Of a DNA stretch of 52,408 bases, positions 34,330-45,300 are shown piece after piece. The position numbers and the translations under genes are program-made. The DNA comes from a virus (lineage: Duplodnaviria > Caudoviricetes): IMG/VR virus record IMGVR_UViG_3300034101_004850, positions 1 to 52,408 of that record. The stretch is one strand, 5' to 3'. Numbering within the stretch: the first letter of the stretch is position 1; each line of letters begins with the position of its first letter. The notes beneath the pieces are model-generated. The model worked only from the letters and a program-made list of their open reading frames with translations. It searched no databases and was not told the DNA's origin.

Positions 34330-35190
34330 CTAACTTCCAAACGACAGGTCTAGTTTAAACTCTATTGATGCTTCTCTTCCAATTACTTTAACCATTTCTG
34401 ATGTTAATAGAGATCTTGCAATTAATCCATACTCTGGGTCAAAGGTGTCTTCGTCATTAATTCTTAGCCCGTCCATTGAAACAGATGTTGCTGCACTTGT
34501 TGGTGTAATTGTTACTCCTACTTTATTAACACTTTGAGAGTTAAATGTTCCTACTGTTACACCCTCAGACATATATAAAGACTTAATGTTATTTCCTACA
34601 GAGTGACCAGTAAATGTAAATTCAATGTAGTCTGAATCAGAACTATACAACCTAACCTTTACAGAAGACAAGTTGGCGTCATTGGCTTTATATGCAAGAC
34701 ACAATGTGTCTAATGGGTTATATCCAGAAATGTCCATGTCTGTAAGTGGATAAGTGTATTCCTGTGGGCTTGTTCCATTTGATGTAAATGTCAATGAGCT
34801 ATCTAAAATTCTACTATCAACTTGATCTAATGCTGGCTCTGGGGTCCAAGAGTATGGCAATTCAAAGTTTGATATAAATTGGCTAGAGTACAAATTCCTA
34901 GAAGATGATATTCCAGAGTATATTCCAACCTCATTAATTTTTCCAGCTATATCTGTTGGAAGAGTGGCAGAGAATATTACAGTATATGTTACTGGAGAAG
35001 TTGTTGAATCAATGTCAATTCCACCCTGTCTAATTGGAACTCTATAAAATTCAAATCCTAGTCTTGAGTTTGTGTCAGATAGTGGATACTCAGTATTTGT
35101 TGCAATCCCTATAGCCATTTCTTTTGATTGCAATGAGGAGGTACCTGCAATAAAACTAGTAAGGAATCTTTTACCAAACTTTGTTATCAT
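34330..35190 (-). CDS. Baseplate / tail-tip structural protein
   Basis: MITKFGKRFL...MAIG...L..EFYR...INEVGIY pattern resembles fibre-anchoring N-terminal domains; located in the tail module. Confidence 0.6.
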   Translation of the reverse strand: MITKFGKRFLTSFIAGTSSLQSKEMAIGIATNTEYPLSDTNSRLGFEFYRVPIRQGGIDIDSTTSPVTYTVIFSATLPTDIAGKINEVGIYSGISSSRNLYSSQFISNFELPYSWTPEPALDQVDSRILDSSLTFTSNGTSPQEYTYPLTDMDISGYNPLDTLCLAYKANDANLSSVKVRLYSSDSDYIEFTFTGHSVGNNIKSLYMSEGVTVGTFNSQSVNKVGVTITPTSAATSVSMDGLRINDEDTFDPEYGLIARSLLTSEMVKVIGREASIEFKLDLSFGS

Positions 35191-35504
35191 CCTCTTCCTC
35201 CCTGTTGATCTGGCAATGTTAAAGCAAACGAGAATCCGTCAATCTTTTCTTTACTTGAATTATAAATTCTAAATTTAGCCTTTACTCTTTCTACATTAAA
35301 ATCATCTTTATATGTTTCAAAACCCTTTAACACAATGTCACTTCGCTGTGGTCTATCTGGATCTGTAGGCTCTCCTATGCCGCCGCCATCTTCATCATCT
35401 ATTCCCGCAATATCTTTTGACTGACCAGGCTTTCCTTTCCAAACATCGGCTAGGCGTTGATCATCATCAAATATGACTGCTATTTTTCCTGCTTGAATTC
35501 CCAT
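35187..35504 (-). CDS. Hypothetical tail-module protein
   Basis: 105-aa ORF with an ATGA overlap downstream. Confidence 0.65.
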   Translation of the reverse strand: MGIQAGKIAVIFDDDQRLADVWKGKPGQSKDIAGIDDEDGGGIGEPTDPDRPQRSDIVLKGFETYKDDFNVERVKAKFRIYNSSKEKIDGFSFALTLPDQQGGRG

Positions 35505-35510
35505 TTATTT

Positions 35511-35519
35511 ATTATACCA
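35511..35519 (-). promoter_or_regulatory. Extended -10 promoter (TGGTATAAT) 6 nt before the ATG; probable leaderless transcript
   Basis: TATAAT at 35516-35511, ATG at 35504, no SD. Confidence 0.65.
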
Positions 35520-35527
35520 TTACGTTA

Positions 35528-38500
35528 TTAGATAGCTCTACACGAAATTGAGGTACTTAATCCTTCCGCATAATTTAATGAACATCTTGTAACTACGTAT
35601 TTATCAGAAGATGTGCCCATTCCCAATACTGGATAGTTTATTGTTACAATGTCTCCAGCCGATATTATGGGATTGCCAAATACTGTCATATTAACTGACC
35701 TGCCCTTATTTAATATTGTGGACTTTATCCATTCCGCCAAAGACTTAGCATCCTCTTCTGACTGAATCCAAGATGAGTCAAATATAACAGACTCTTTGTT
35801 TGAAGAGTCTGTTGACTGATCCGTGTCATAATCTATAACTCCAGAACGCTGAATTGAGTTTCCAAGGACATAGAAGCTTGTGTTGTTGCTATCGTCTAAT
35901 GCAACCGTAGTTGACGTATTATTAAGAACGTATCCTTCTGCGCCAAAAGGTTGCAGCTTTTGGGCCAATAGGGTGACGTATTTATTTAAAGATGTTCTAA
36001 ATGTAATAGGAAGTGAAGGTCTATCATCATAAGAAATTTTTGTCTTTTTAATTTCTCTAGCAGTAGTTCCGAACTCAAAAATAGCACCCCCATCATCAGC
36101 GGGTGTTTCTCCAGCATTATAAATCACATCTCCATAAAGCATTGAAAGTGTGTCGTCTGAATAAACTCCATTGTATTGAAAAGTAGATTTAATGCTTTTA
36201 GAATCATATGCCTCTTGATCTATGCTTTTTGCATACAAGAATTCAAAATAAGTAACTCCCTGGCCGCAGTGCATTCCAACATTTTTTGTAAACGCTACTG
36301 GCGGAATCCATTCATTTGTAGAATCTGATCCGCTATCAATTGCTCGAATTTTAAAACCATTAATAAAAACTGTTATTATGTTCCTTGATGTGCCAGATGT
36401 AAGAGCTTCATTTCTAACCAAAACATCAACCACGTAAGGGTCTCCAGCATATATACCAGCTAGAGTTTCTGTAGAAACTTGTTGGCTATCCGCTAAAACA
36501 CTAAGTTTATTATTTTTAACTTTTACAATCATTATATCTTTTTGTAATCCAGCGTAGGCGGTTGTTCTAATTAATAAATAGTAGCCATTTTTTCCAGTTG
36601 AATCTAAACAAAATCCTAGACCTCCCACCTGTGCCTGCGTATTTAGCTGACTATCAAAAAACATTCTGGTTCCAAGGGAAAGGTAGTTTTTAGAAAGATT
36701 AATAGAGTTAAATGACTTAAGGACTATGTTAAAAGTCTTTTTATCAAAATCTGGATTTGATATCGTAAGGTAACCCTTCTTTATATATTCATCAGAGTTT
36801 CCAACCTTTCTAACTGACCCGACCCCGTTTGAGCTTGTTCCTTCAGCTGGAGTTGCTAAAGTAATTTTGTATTGATTAAATTTTGCTGGATCAGCATTTG
36901 GAACTTTATTGATATAAGAATCTGGAGCAGGCTGATGCGGAGAAGGGGGCTTTGAAGTTGATAAAGCACCCCTTGTTTTAATGTGATATTTATTGAGAGG
37001 CTGAAAATGCTTATATCCTGGTTTTGCTTTTACTGAATATTTCCATATATCAGATTGATTTTTAACAACAACCTCTTGAGGAAGTGAAGATCCAACAGGA
37101 GTATACTGATAAGAAATTCCATCATATTCAATTATTTCTCCATTAATTAAAACATAACCGTTAAACTGATCCATGATTCTATCTGTTCTTGCAGTATTTA
37201 CTGTGTTTGGGTTAAGTTCAAATGTAGTGCTGTTATCTAATATTGGTTTTGCTAGTGCTCCAGCTCCTAAAAATGATGTGTCAGATTTCCAAAGGGGTGA
37301 GGAAGATTGGCTGTTAGAGGCTGAAAATGCTGTTGCATATCTTACTCTAACCTGATTTGCAGAAAAAAGTTCTTTTGTTGAAAGAGAAATTATATTAGGT
37401 GCATAATCCGTTACACCTGCAGTCTTTATTTCTTCACTAGTAAATGTCCATTTAGGAGCAATTGTTTTATCGTAGATTACGTTTCTACTATAAAAATTTA
37501 AAATATTATTTTCATCCACAAAAGCATTCATCTGGATATCTCTGCATATTTCTTGTAGAACGTCCCAGACTGTTTTATCTCCATCAGACCACCAATATGC
37601 AAATGATGGGACAGATCCAACATCTACCTCACCGTCATCTTTTGTAACATTTATTTTATAGTTAGAGAATCCAACCGAATCTAATACTCTCTTAATAACA
37701 GATGTTGCTGGAGAATTCTGAACAAACAATTGTGGGCACATGGTGTCCTGCAGTATCTTTGCTGCATCTGTAGCATCTATAGATGCCTCTCCAAACTCAG
37801 ACAGCGTCCATGAGTTTATATAAAATATTCCTTGAGGAACTTTTTGTAAACCAGAGGAGTCTCCAATATTTATATAAGGCTTAACTAAAACATTTTTAAA
37901 TAAGTATATCTTGCTAGAGTCAATAGAAGTTGAAGTTCTATCATATTCAAAAATCATCTTGGTTGGTGATGGTGGTTTTAATATAGTTACATTTAAATAG
38001 TTTGCAGTTATTATACCAACTGGAACAATTGAACTTTCATCTGAAGTAGTTTCTTTGTTTATTAAAATAGAAACTATGTCTGAGCTAATTGGCAAAACCC
38101 ATCTTGGGCTAAGCTCGATTATTCCAAGGAACTTGCCAGTATTAGAGTTTACTGCAGATATAGATATCTTTTTTAATTTTTGAGTTGTAGTATATGTGGT
38201 AGGCTCTGTTGTTGACCATGTGGTTCCATTAAAATATATTATTGCTTCCCCGCTTGAATTGAGAGTAGAACCAGATGCAGTTATAACTGAATTATCTTCT
38301 TTAACTCCGCTTATAGTCCAAGATGTTGGTGTGTCATGACTTGTTTCAAATCGTGCAACAATTTTATTTGTAGGTACAGATTTAACTGTAGTCTTTGCTT
38401 CATTTGAAAAATATTCTAGGGATACATCAATGTTTGTATTTTTAGGAGCTAGCCAGTATTTGTACACCATGTCTGGGCCAGGGTAATAAAGTCTAGGCTT

Positions 38501-38803
38501 TGTTCCCATTTCTATTGCCTTTGGTCTTTCAAATGAGTCTGTTGGGGTATCTGTGAAACCAGATGTATGAACTAGATATTTAATTCCTGGAGATACTGGC
38601 CTAAATGGTTTATATATTGTATCTATTGGAAATAGTTTTTTAAAAGCATTTGAATAAGGATTTGCTATATTTGCTGGATTGGTTGTTGCGCTTATATACT
38701 CAACCATTGAATTTAAATTGTATTCTAATTCCGCTCCCGCCGAAGTTGAAATAGTTGACGCTTTTTTGAGCAAATTTTTTGTTGCCTCTGGAACAGATAT
38801 CAT
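35528..38803 (-). CDS. Tail hub / minor tail protein with an inserted lectin-like beta-sandwich
   Basis: Lies after the Dit-like gene. TVWDVLQEIC...AFVDENNIL and GNPIISAGDIVTI hub-like motifs; GGLGF...YYL...ITVFING LamG-like segment. Confidence 0.7.
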   Translation of the reverse strand: MISVPEATKNLLKKASTISTSAGAELEYNLNSMVEYISATTNPANIANPYSNAFKKLFPIDTIYKPFRPVSPGIKYLVHTSGFTDTPTDSFERPKAIEMGTKPRLYYPGPDMVYKYWLAPKNTNIDVSLEYFSNEAKTTVKSVPTNKIVARFETSHDTPTSWTISGVKEDNSVITASGSTLNSSGEAIIYFNGTTWSTTEPTTYTTTQKLKKISISAVNSNTGKFLGIIELSPRWVLPISSDIVSILINKETTSDESSIVPVGIITANYLNVTILKPPSPTKMIFEYDRTSTSIDSSKIYLFKNVLVKPYINIGDSSGLQKVPQGIFYINSWTLSEFGEASIDATDAAKILQDTMCPQLFVQNSPATSVIKRVLDSVGFSNYKINVTKDDGEVDVGSVPSFAYWWSDGDKTVWDVLQEICRDIQMNAFVDENNILNFYSRNVIYDKTIAPKWTFTSEEIKTAGVTDYAPNIISLSTKELFSANQVRVRYATAFSASNSQSSSPLWKSDTSFLGAGALAKPILDNSTTFELNPNTVNTARTDRIMDQFNGYVLINGEIIEYDGISYQYTPVGSSLPQEVVVKNQSDIWKYSVKAKPGYKHFQPLNKYHIKTRGALSTSKPPSPHQPAPDSYINKVPNADPAKFNQYKITLATPAEGTSSNGVGSVRKVGNSDEYIKKGYLTISNPDFDKKTFNIVLKSFNSINLSKNYLSLGTRMFFDSQLNTQAQVGGLGFCLDSTGKNGYYLLIRTTAYAGLQKDIMIVKVKNNKLSVLADSQQVSTETLAGIYAGDPYVVDVLVRNEALTSGTSRNIITVFINGFKIRAIDSGSDSTNEWIPPVAFTKNVGMHCGQGVTYFEFLYAKSIDQEAYDSKSIKSTFQYNGVYSDDTLSMLYGDVIYNAGETPADDGGAIFEFGTTAREIKKTKISYDDRPSLPITFRTSLNKYVTLLAQKLQPFGAEGYVLNNTSTTVALDDSNNTSFYVLGNSIQRSGVIDYDTDQSTDSSNKESVIFDSSWIQSEEDAKSLAEWIKSTILNKGRSVNMTVFGNPIISAGDIVTINYPVLGMGTSSDKYVVTRCSLNYAEGLSTSISCRAI

Positions 38804-39390
38804 ACCTGCTCCATAGAAATGTCAACATTCCAAAATGGCTGTATACCTCTTTTTGCAAGAGTAAAGTCACAAGAAGTGATCATTACTGTATATGTGTAGT
38901 CATCCGAAAGTGCACCTGTGCCCTCAACTAAAGAAGGGGAGAAAACTGTTGGGTTTAATTTTATTCTAAATGAGCCTTGGCCAGCAGCACTTTCATAAAA
39001 AGCCTTTAAGTCTTCTGCTCCCCATGCTCCATCGACTGTTTCATTTCTAAACGAAGGAACCATTTCCCAAGATGCGGAAAGATTTAGCTTATCTGCTATA
39101 AAATACTTTCTTGTTGTTCCATTTGCCATTCTAGTTGATTGCTCAATTCTTTCTGTATTCAATGATATTGGGGTTCTATTATGCTCAGTAACTCTTCTAA
39201 AAGTTGTTGCGCTTGCTGCCAAATCATATGACAGTCCGTTTCTAGTTGCTACTGTAGTAGTATAGATATTACCTGGTGGTGTAACCGTAGCACCCTTATA
39301 ATTAAATGTATTGGTTGCAGTGTTAATTGCAAATGGGTCTAGTGCTTCTATGTATAATGCGGATCCCTTAGATAGGTTTTGGAAACTCAT
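38800..39390 (-). CDS. Distal tail protein (Dit)-like
   Basis: Directly after the TMP; RMANGT..KY..ADK..LS.SW pattern typical of siphovirus distal tail proteins. Confidence 0.65.
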   Translation of the reverse strand: MSFQNLSKGSALYIEALDPFAINTATNTFNYKGATVTPPGNIYTTTVATRNGLSYDLAASATTFRRVTEHNRTPISLNTERIEQSTRMANGTTRKYFIADKLNLSASWEMVPSFRNETVDGAWGAEDLKAFYESAAGQGSFRIKLNPTVFSPSLVEGTGALSDDYTYTVMITSCDFTLAKRGIQPFWNVDISMEQV

Positions 39391-42300
39391 CCTCTTCCCA
39401 CCATTCTATTTACTCCAGCTGTCATTTCTTTAATTCTCATTTCATTACGTATCTCTAGAGCAACATCTTGTGCTGTTACATTAGTTCCATTTAATTCTAC
39501 ACTAATATTATACACTGAACCCGATACAGCCGACGATGCATTTGGATTAAATGGATTCATATTAGCTGGAATAACAGCCTCATCTTTATGAAGCATTGCT
39601 AACATATTAGCTGGAACCATATTGATTCCATTTTCAAATTGAGGAACTCCTAATCTAGAAAATGCATCAGCTAAAGAATTAGTAAGATTTAGTCTTGTGT
39701 TACTTAAGTATCCGCCAGCTGCATCTGATGTTGATAATATTTCTGTTTTATCCCAAATATTTGTTGGGAGTGTGCTAGTGCGTGGTTGATAAGGAACTGA
39801 ACTTGGAGTTGATGGATTCTTCATTAAACGAAGTAAATCAATCTCATCCTCCCATTCATAATTGGCGGAAGGCCCAAATGGGTAGTCATTGTATGTTCTA
39901 TTAACATTAGCTCTCCACGCTGCAATAGCTTTTTGTCTTTTCGCTTCTTCAAGAATAGCACTTTGGAGAGGACCAGACGGCATTTGTCTAACTTGATCAG
40001 ATACGGATGGAGGTGGAGTATACGGAACAAGATCTGTCTTCTTTTGTTGTAAGGCTGACATAACTAAATTTTTAATTGAAGTGTTACCTGACATTACGTC
40101 CATATCTGGCATCAATCCGCCAACCCGAGAAGAATACCCCATTCCCATTTCTGTTCTATTTTTAGAGTGAACTAATCTTGTCATTGAGGCAGCTTTTTCA
40201 TTCATGAACCTAGCAAGGCCCTGGCCTCTATATCTGCTATCTACGTGAATGCTTTGAATTCTTCCAGTTATACTGTCCCAGGATAACATTCCAGCTGGAT
40301 ATCCATCCGCATCTAAAATCTTTAGAGTGTGGTACCCTCCTAAAAACTCTTGGCTATGCAATGGATTTTGAGATATAGATTTAATTCCCAACTCTATACT
40401 TCTCTCGTCAGGTAATGCAGAAGAGCTAGAAGGCATAAAATCATATGTAAGATCTGTATTAGGAACAGGGCCCTGATGACGAGAAAGATAATCCATTTCT
40501 TCCTTAAGCTTACTTATTGGAGTTACATTAAGTTTTGCAACTGGAGTAAATCCTCCACGCTTTGCTTGAGATATTGATTCAGAAAGAGCTTTTTCTAATG
40601 GTGATAGGCTATGTTTTCCTAAAATAGTTTTCTTTAATGATGTTATTATTTGGCTAACTGCAGTATTTTTTCTTAATGCTTTTGCTACTGGAGCTATAAT
40701 TTTTCCAACTGGAATTGGAGCTAAATTTAATGCAGTTGTTAAGTTATCTGAATATGAAGACTTTGTTAAACCCATTGCTTTTGCAAGAAGCATTCCTGTT
40801 GGGCTTCCGCCGCTAATTGCAACATCGTGTGCTGTTCTTGCCATTTGAGGAAGTGCAAAAAAGTCAGCTGTTTTTTTCCAGATACTCTTATCAAATAAAG
40901 ATGTAGCCCTCTTTTTATTATCTAAATTTGAAGATGTTAAGCCTAAACCATTAGATCTATTACCAAAAGATGTCATTCCTAGGTTATGAGGTGCACCTGA
41001 ATGAGTATGTCCTACTGGACCGCCAGCATGGAACATTAGTGGTCCTAAACCATAAGCACCATTACCGATTCCGCCCATAGAGGCTCCAGAGCCTGCGTAA
41101 CGGTCTGGAGATCTATCAACACCCATTCTTGGGCTAGAGTATGTCTTTGGCTGTTCTGCTAGTTGATGCCAGTAGTCAGAATGTTGTGGGTCTGTGCCAC
41201 TAAATGGAAGGCCTGGAATCTCAGTTCCGCCCCAAGGATCTTTTCCAGCATTATTAAATATTGGCTTTCCATTTTTATCAAACCCTATTGGTGAGCTCTG
41301 ATATAGTCTTTCTAATTCCCCCCAGTATCTTCCATACGGACTTCCAGTAGGCTGATTTTTAGAATTATATGCAGACTTTGGCTTTTTCCATGAAAGGATA
41401 TTAATCCATGATCCAGAATCAGTTAAAGAATTTGTAACCTTTCCGCCTTCTGCAAACTTCTTAATGTTTACTTTAGTTCCAGCAAAAATTCTTGATCCAC
41501 CCATATACTTTGAATCATTTAACTGTGGATTCATTTCTAGTAATTGCTTAACAGTAACCTTGTACTTACTTGCAATTGAAGATAGTGTGTCTCCCCTAGT
41601 TACTGTGTATCTAGAATTTTCATAATCTGACTTAGCGTCATCTGCACTATAATATTCTTCTGTGCCGTACCCATATTTAATGGCATCTACTGGTTTATAT
41701 GAAGGTCTTCCAAATCCAACAATTGGAGCGTTCTTCATATTGTATTGTCTTACTTTTGCAAGTACTCCGCCGCCGCTTCGTTGACTTCCAGAGCCAGATG
41801 TGTTTCCCTCTATAGTTGAAACTTTATTATTACTTAAAACATTTCTTACTAATCCTACGTGAGAAATTCTATTGACGCCGTCTCCTGGGAAATCCATGAA
41901 CGCCAGATCTCCACGTTTTGGATTCATTTTTGTCCACTTACCACTCTTCATAAATGACTGAGCTCCACCAGGAGTCCAAATCATACTTGCCAAATCTACT
42001 CCAGAATTTTTTGCTGCCCAATTTATAAATGCTCCGCACCATGCAATGAATCTACTTTGCAGACCGTATGCCTTTTGTGCAAAGCTGCCGAATATACTGT
42101 CGTTGCCCCGTCCCTCTTTATATCCAAGCATGGACTCTGCTTTTTTAATCATTGCATCGGCTGTGCCTAGCTTGCTTACTTTTCCACCATTTGCAAATCT
42201 TCCAGCGTTTAAATCATGAAGGAATGATGGACCAAATTCTTTTTCAGCTTTTTTAACTGAGTCTGCTTTGATTACCCATTCACCGTCAGAAAGCATTGCA

Positions 42301-45300
42301 GGAATTGAATCAGATGTTGAAGTTCCTGGACCTCTTACTCCACCGCCTGGAGCAAAGCTTTTAACTACTCCTCCGCCAGCCATCTTAACTCTAGCACCCT
42401 TTGTTTTCTTCTGATCATCCCATGAATAAACTTCTGTTCCAGAATCATTGCTTATGTATTCTTTCCCATTCCAGCTAAATCTATACCATACAACATCATT
42501 AATGCTAACCATCTTTGAAGATCCAGAAGATCTTGCATTTTTAGCAGCCTCTATTGCATTTTTTCCTCTGCCTTGCTGAACTGTATCTTTTCCAAATTCA
42601 ACAGTACCCTTTGGTGTGGGTGCCTTGTAACCTCCTAGTGCTTTCACAAGGTCATCACGAAGTTTAGATAGGGTTACTCCTCCAGTAATTAAAATTGCTA
42701 GCTTGCTTACAGCTGCAACATCTTTATCAAACTGGGAAAGAGAATCATTGTTTACTGTTCTATTTTCTGAAAGAATAGGTCTTCCCTGTGCATCAAATCC
42801 AGTTGGAGATCCAGTAGTTACTTTTTCAGGAACTTTTGGCTTTCCGTCTGAATTAAAATATCCTGGGAATGCATTTCTTATTGTTTCTGCAAGCAGGCCT
42901 GGTCCAGTCCCAGCCTTTTGCATTTCTTTTAGGAAACTAATAAGCTGTCTCTTAATATCTGCTTCTTCTTCAACTCTATCTTTACCTGAAAGAAGCTGTG
43001 CATTAACAGCTCTTGTACTAAGCTCGTTATACTTTGACTGAAATTTTTCAAGAGTGTCTTTTATATCAGCTGCTACTGCAGAGTCATCTTGATTATTTTG
43101 GAAAACAGTATTCTTTTTATCTTGTGCGTCTTGTATTGCTTGTGCATCTTTTTCTAAAGGTGCCTTTGCTTTATTGGCCGCATCTTCTATAGCCTTCTGG
43201 GCTAATTCTGATTGCCTATTTCTAGTAAGCTGATCTATATCTAGCTGAGCTCTATTTGCTGCTGCCATATCTCCACGAGCTACTGCATCTGAATATTGTA
43301 TTTGGAGTTTCTGTAGCTCTAATGCATAGTTTGAAGCATCTTGAGTTGCTCTTAAGGCTTCTAGCTTTTTATTTTTTTCTTCATCGATAAGCTTGATCTT
43401 TTTTGCAATTGCTTTTAATTCTTCCTGTGCACTTCTTTGAGAAGCTGCATTTGCTCTTTGAGCTGCTGCAGATGTTGCAGCAATTGTTTTTTGAAGTTTA
43501 GATAAAGCAGATCCAACAGTTGCATATGTGGTAGCAGAATCAGCAGCTTGTGTTAGCTGGGAAATTCCTGTTCCGATTGCTGAAGTAAATCCAGCAAGTT
43601 TTGATGCTAGAGTAGAATCTATTTTGCTTAGATCAATATTTATTCCAGCAGTAAAAAGTTTCCACTTTGCAAGTATTCCCTTTATAGTGTCTGATTCATT
43701 AATGATTCCCGCTAGCAAAGGTTGTGTTTTTTGAAGATTTAAGTATACGTCGCTACCTATTTCTTTATTCATGCCTGGGTTATTTGTTTCTGCTTTAGAC
43801 ATAACCATTTCATAAGCTTTAAACTCATCTATAACATTGCCAAGCTCATCTTTTGTTCCAATTAAAGATTTTGTTGCTGCAGAAAATACACCTATTAATC
43901 CTTCAAAACCGTTTCCTACTTCTTTATACCAATCAGCAGTTCCTGTCCCCTTACTTAGGGTGTTTACTAAGTTTCCAACAGAAAATTCTGCCGCTGCAGC
44001 TTTATCTGTTATTGCTCCAAATTCTGTATTTGCAAGCAACTTGTATGCCTGAGAAGCTTTATTGCTATTTGCTAAAGCACCGTATATTTTTTTATTTGCT
44101 TCTTCAATGCTCATTCCAGCAGCAACCATTTGTGCCTTTTGATTATTAATTAATCTTTGTGTTTCTGCTGTTGTTTCTGATCTATTCAAGGATTCGATTA
44201 CATCTTTTAATTCTTTTCCTTCTTCTTTTGCCTTCTTAAGTTCCTCTATTGATTGAGGTAGTCCAGGCATGCCAATTGAGTTTCCTTCTGCCCCCTTGGC
44301 TGCTGCGGTTGCTAATTTTTGTTTATCTATGTAGCCCTGCATAGTTTCTTTAAGATTAAAATACTTTATTCCAGCCTGCTCCGCAGCTTTAGCTGTCATA
44401 GAAAGTCCTATAGAGGCATCTTGCTGAGCATCCTTGTAATCTTTATAAAGTTTAAACGCTAAGCCTGCGGCACTGATTGCTGCTCCTATTAAGCCAAAGC
44501 CTTTAGCAAATCTTCCAATCATTGCTCCAAATCTTGCCATCTTGTTAAGACCAGTAGTTAATTCTTTTAATGCAGACCCTGCGGATTTTATCCCTGCACC
44601 CATTCTACCAAATGGAAGCATTGGAAGTATTGAAGTAGCAGCCATAACACCCATGCCAACATTCATACCTGACATTTCTTTTCCTAGGATGTTAACTTTT
44701 TCTTTGCCCATCAATGCCATGCCGCCCATTGATCCAGCCATTCCAATTCCCATTTGAGAACCCATACTCATACCATTGTATCTTCCAGGAACAGAAATTC
44801 CAGCTGCTTTGGCTTGCGCCTTAGTCATTGAAACATCTCTACCACCAGTTGACTCATTGTTTACAAGATACTCTGTTCTTCTCATGCCAATAGTTCCGAC
44901 TTTTCTGGATTGAACTCCTTCTACACCAGTATCTTTATAGCCTCCAACAAATCCTGGTCCGAATAGTCCCTGCGATGGTGCTTGTCCAGCAGGATATCTA
45001 TCTGCAGCATAAACATTTTGTTCTCTTATGATTGCGTTTTGCGCTCTTTTGGCAAAATTTAATGTTGATGTAGCAGCTGATCTTACAGCACTGCTCATAT
45101 TTGTAGCAGTATTCTTTATAGACTGAGTAATAACTCTTGCATTTATATCTATAGCTTTTGCTAGCTGCATAGAGTCTACCTTAATTGAATTTCCCATAGA
45201 TCTAAAAGCTGCTGATAAATATTGAGCTTTCATTGCTGCTGAATTTTTAAATGGGTCAAGCATGTTGTTAACCATTACTTGTCCAGGGTTATAGAAGCTT

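Noticed and set aside
44400-44800. Met/Gly/Ala-rich low-complexity stretch in the TMP as a separate repeat element
   Set aside because: It is consistent with ordinary hydrophobic membrane-spanning TMP segments, and there is no nucleotide-level repeat.
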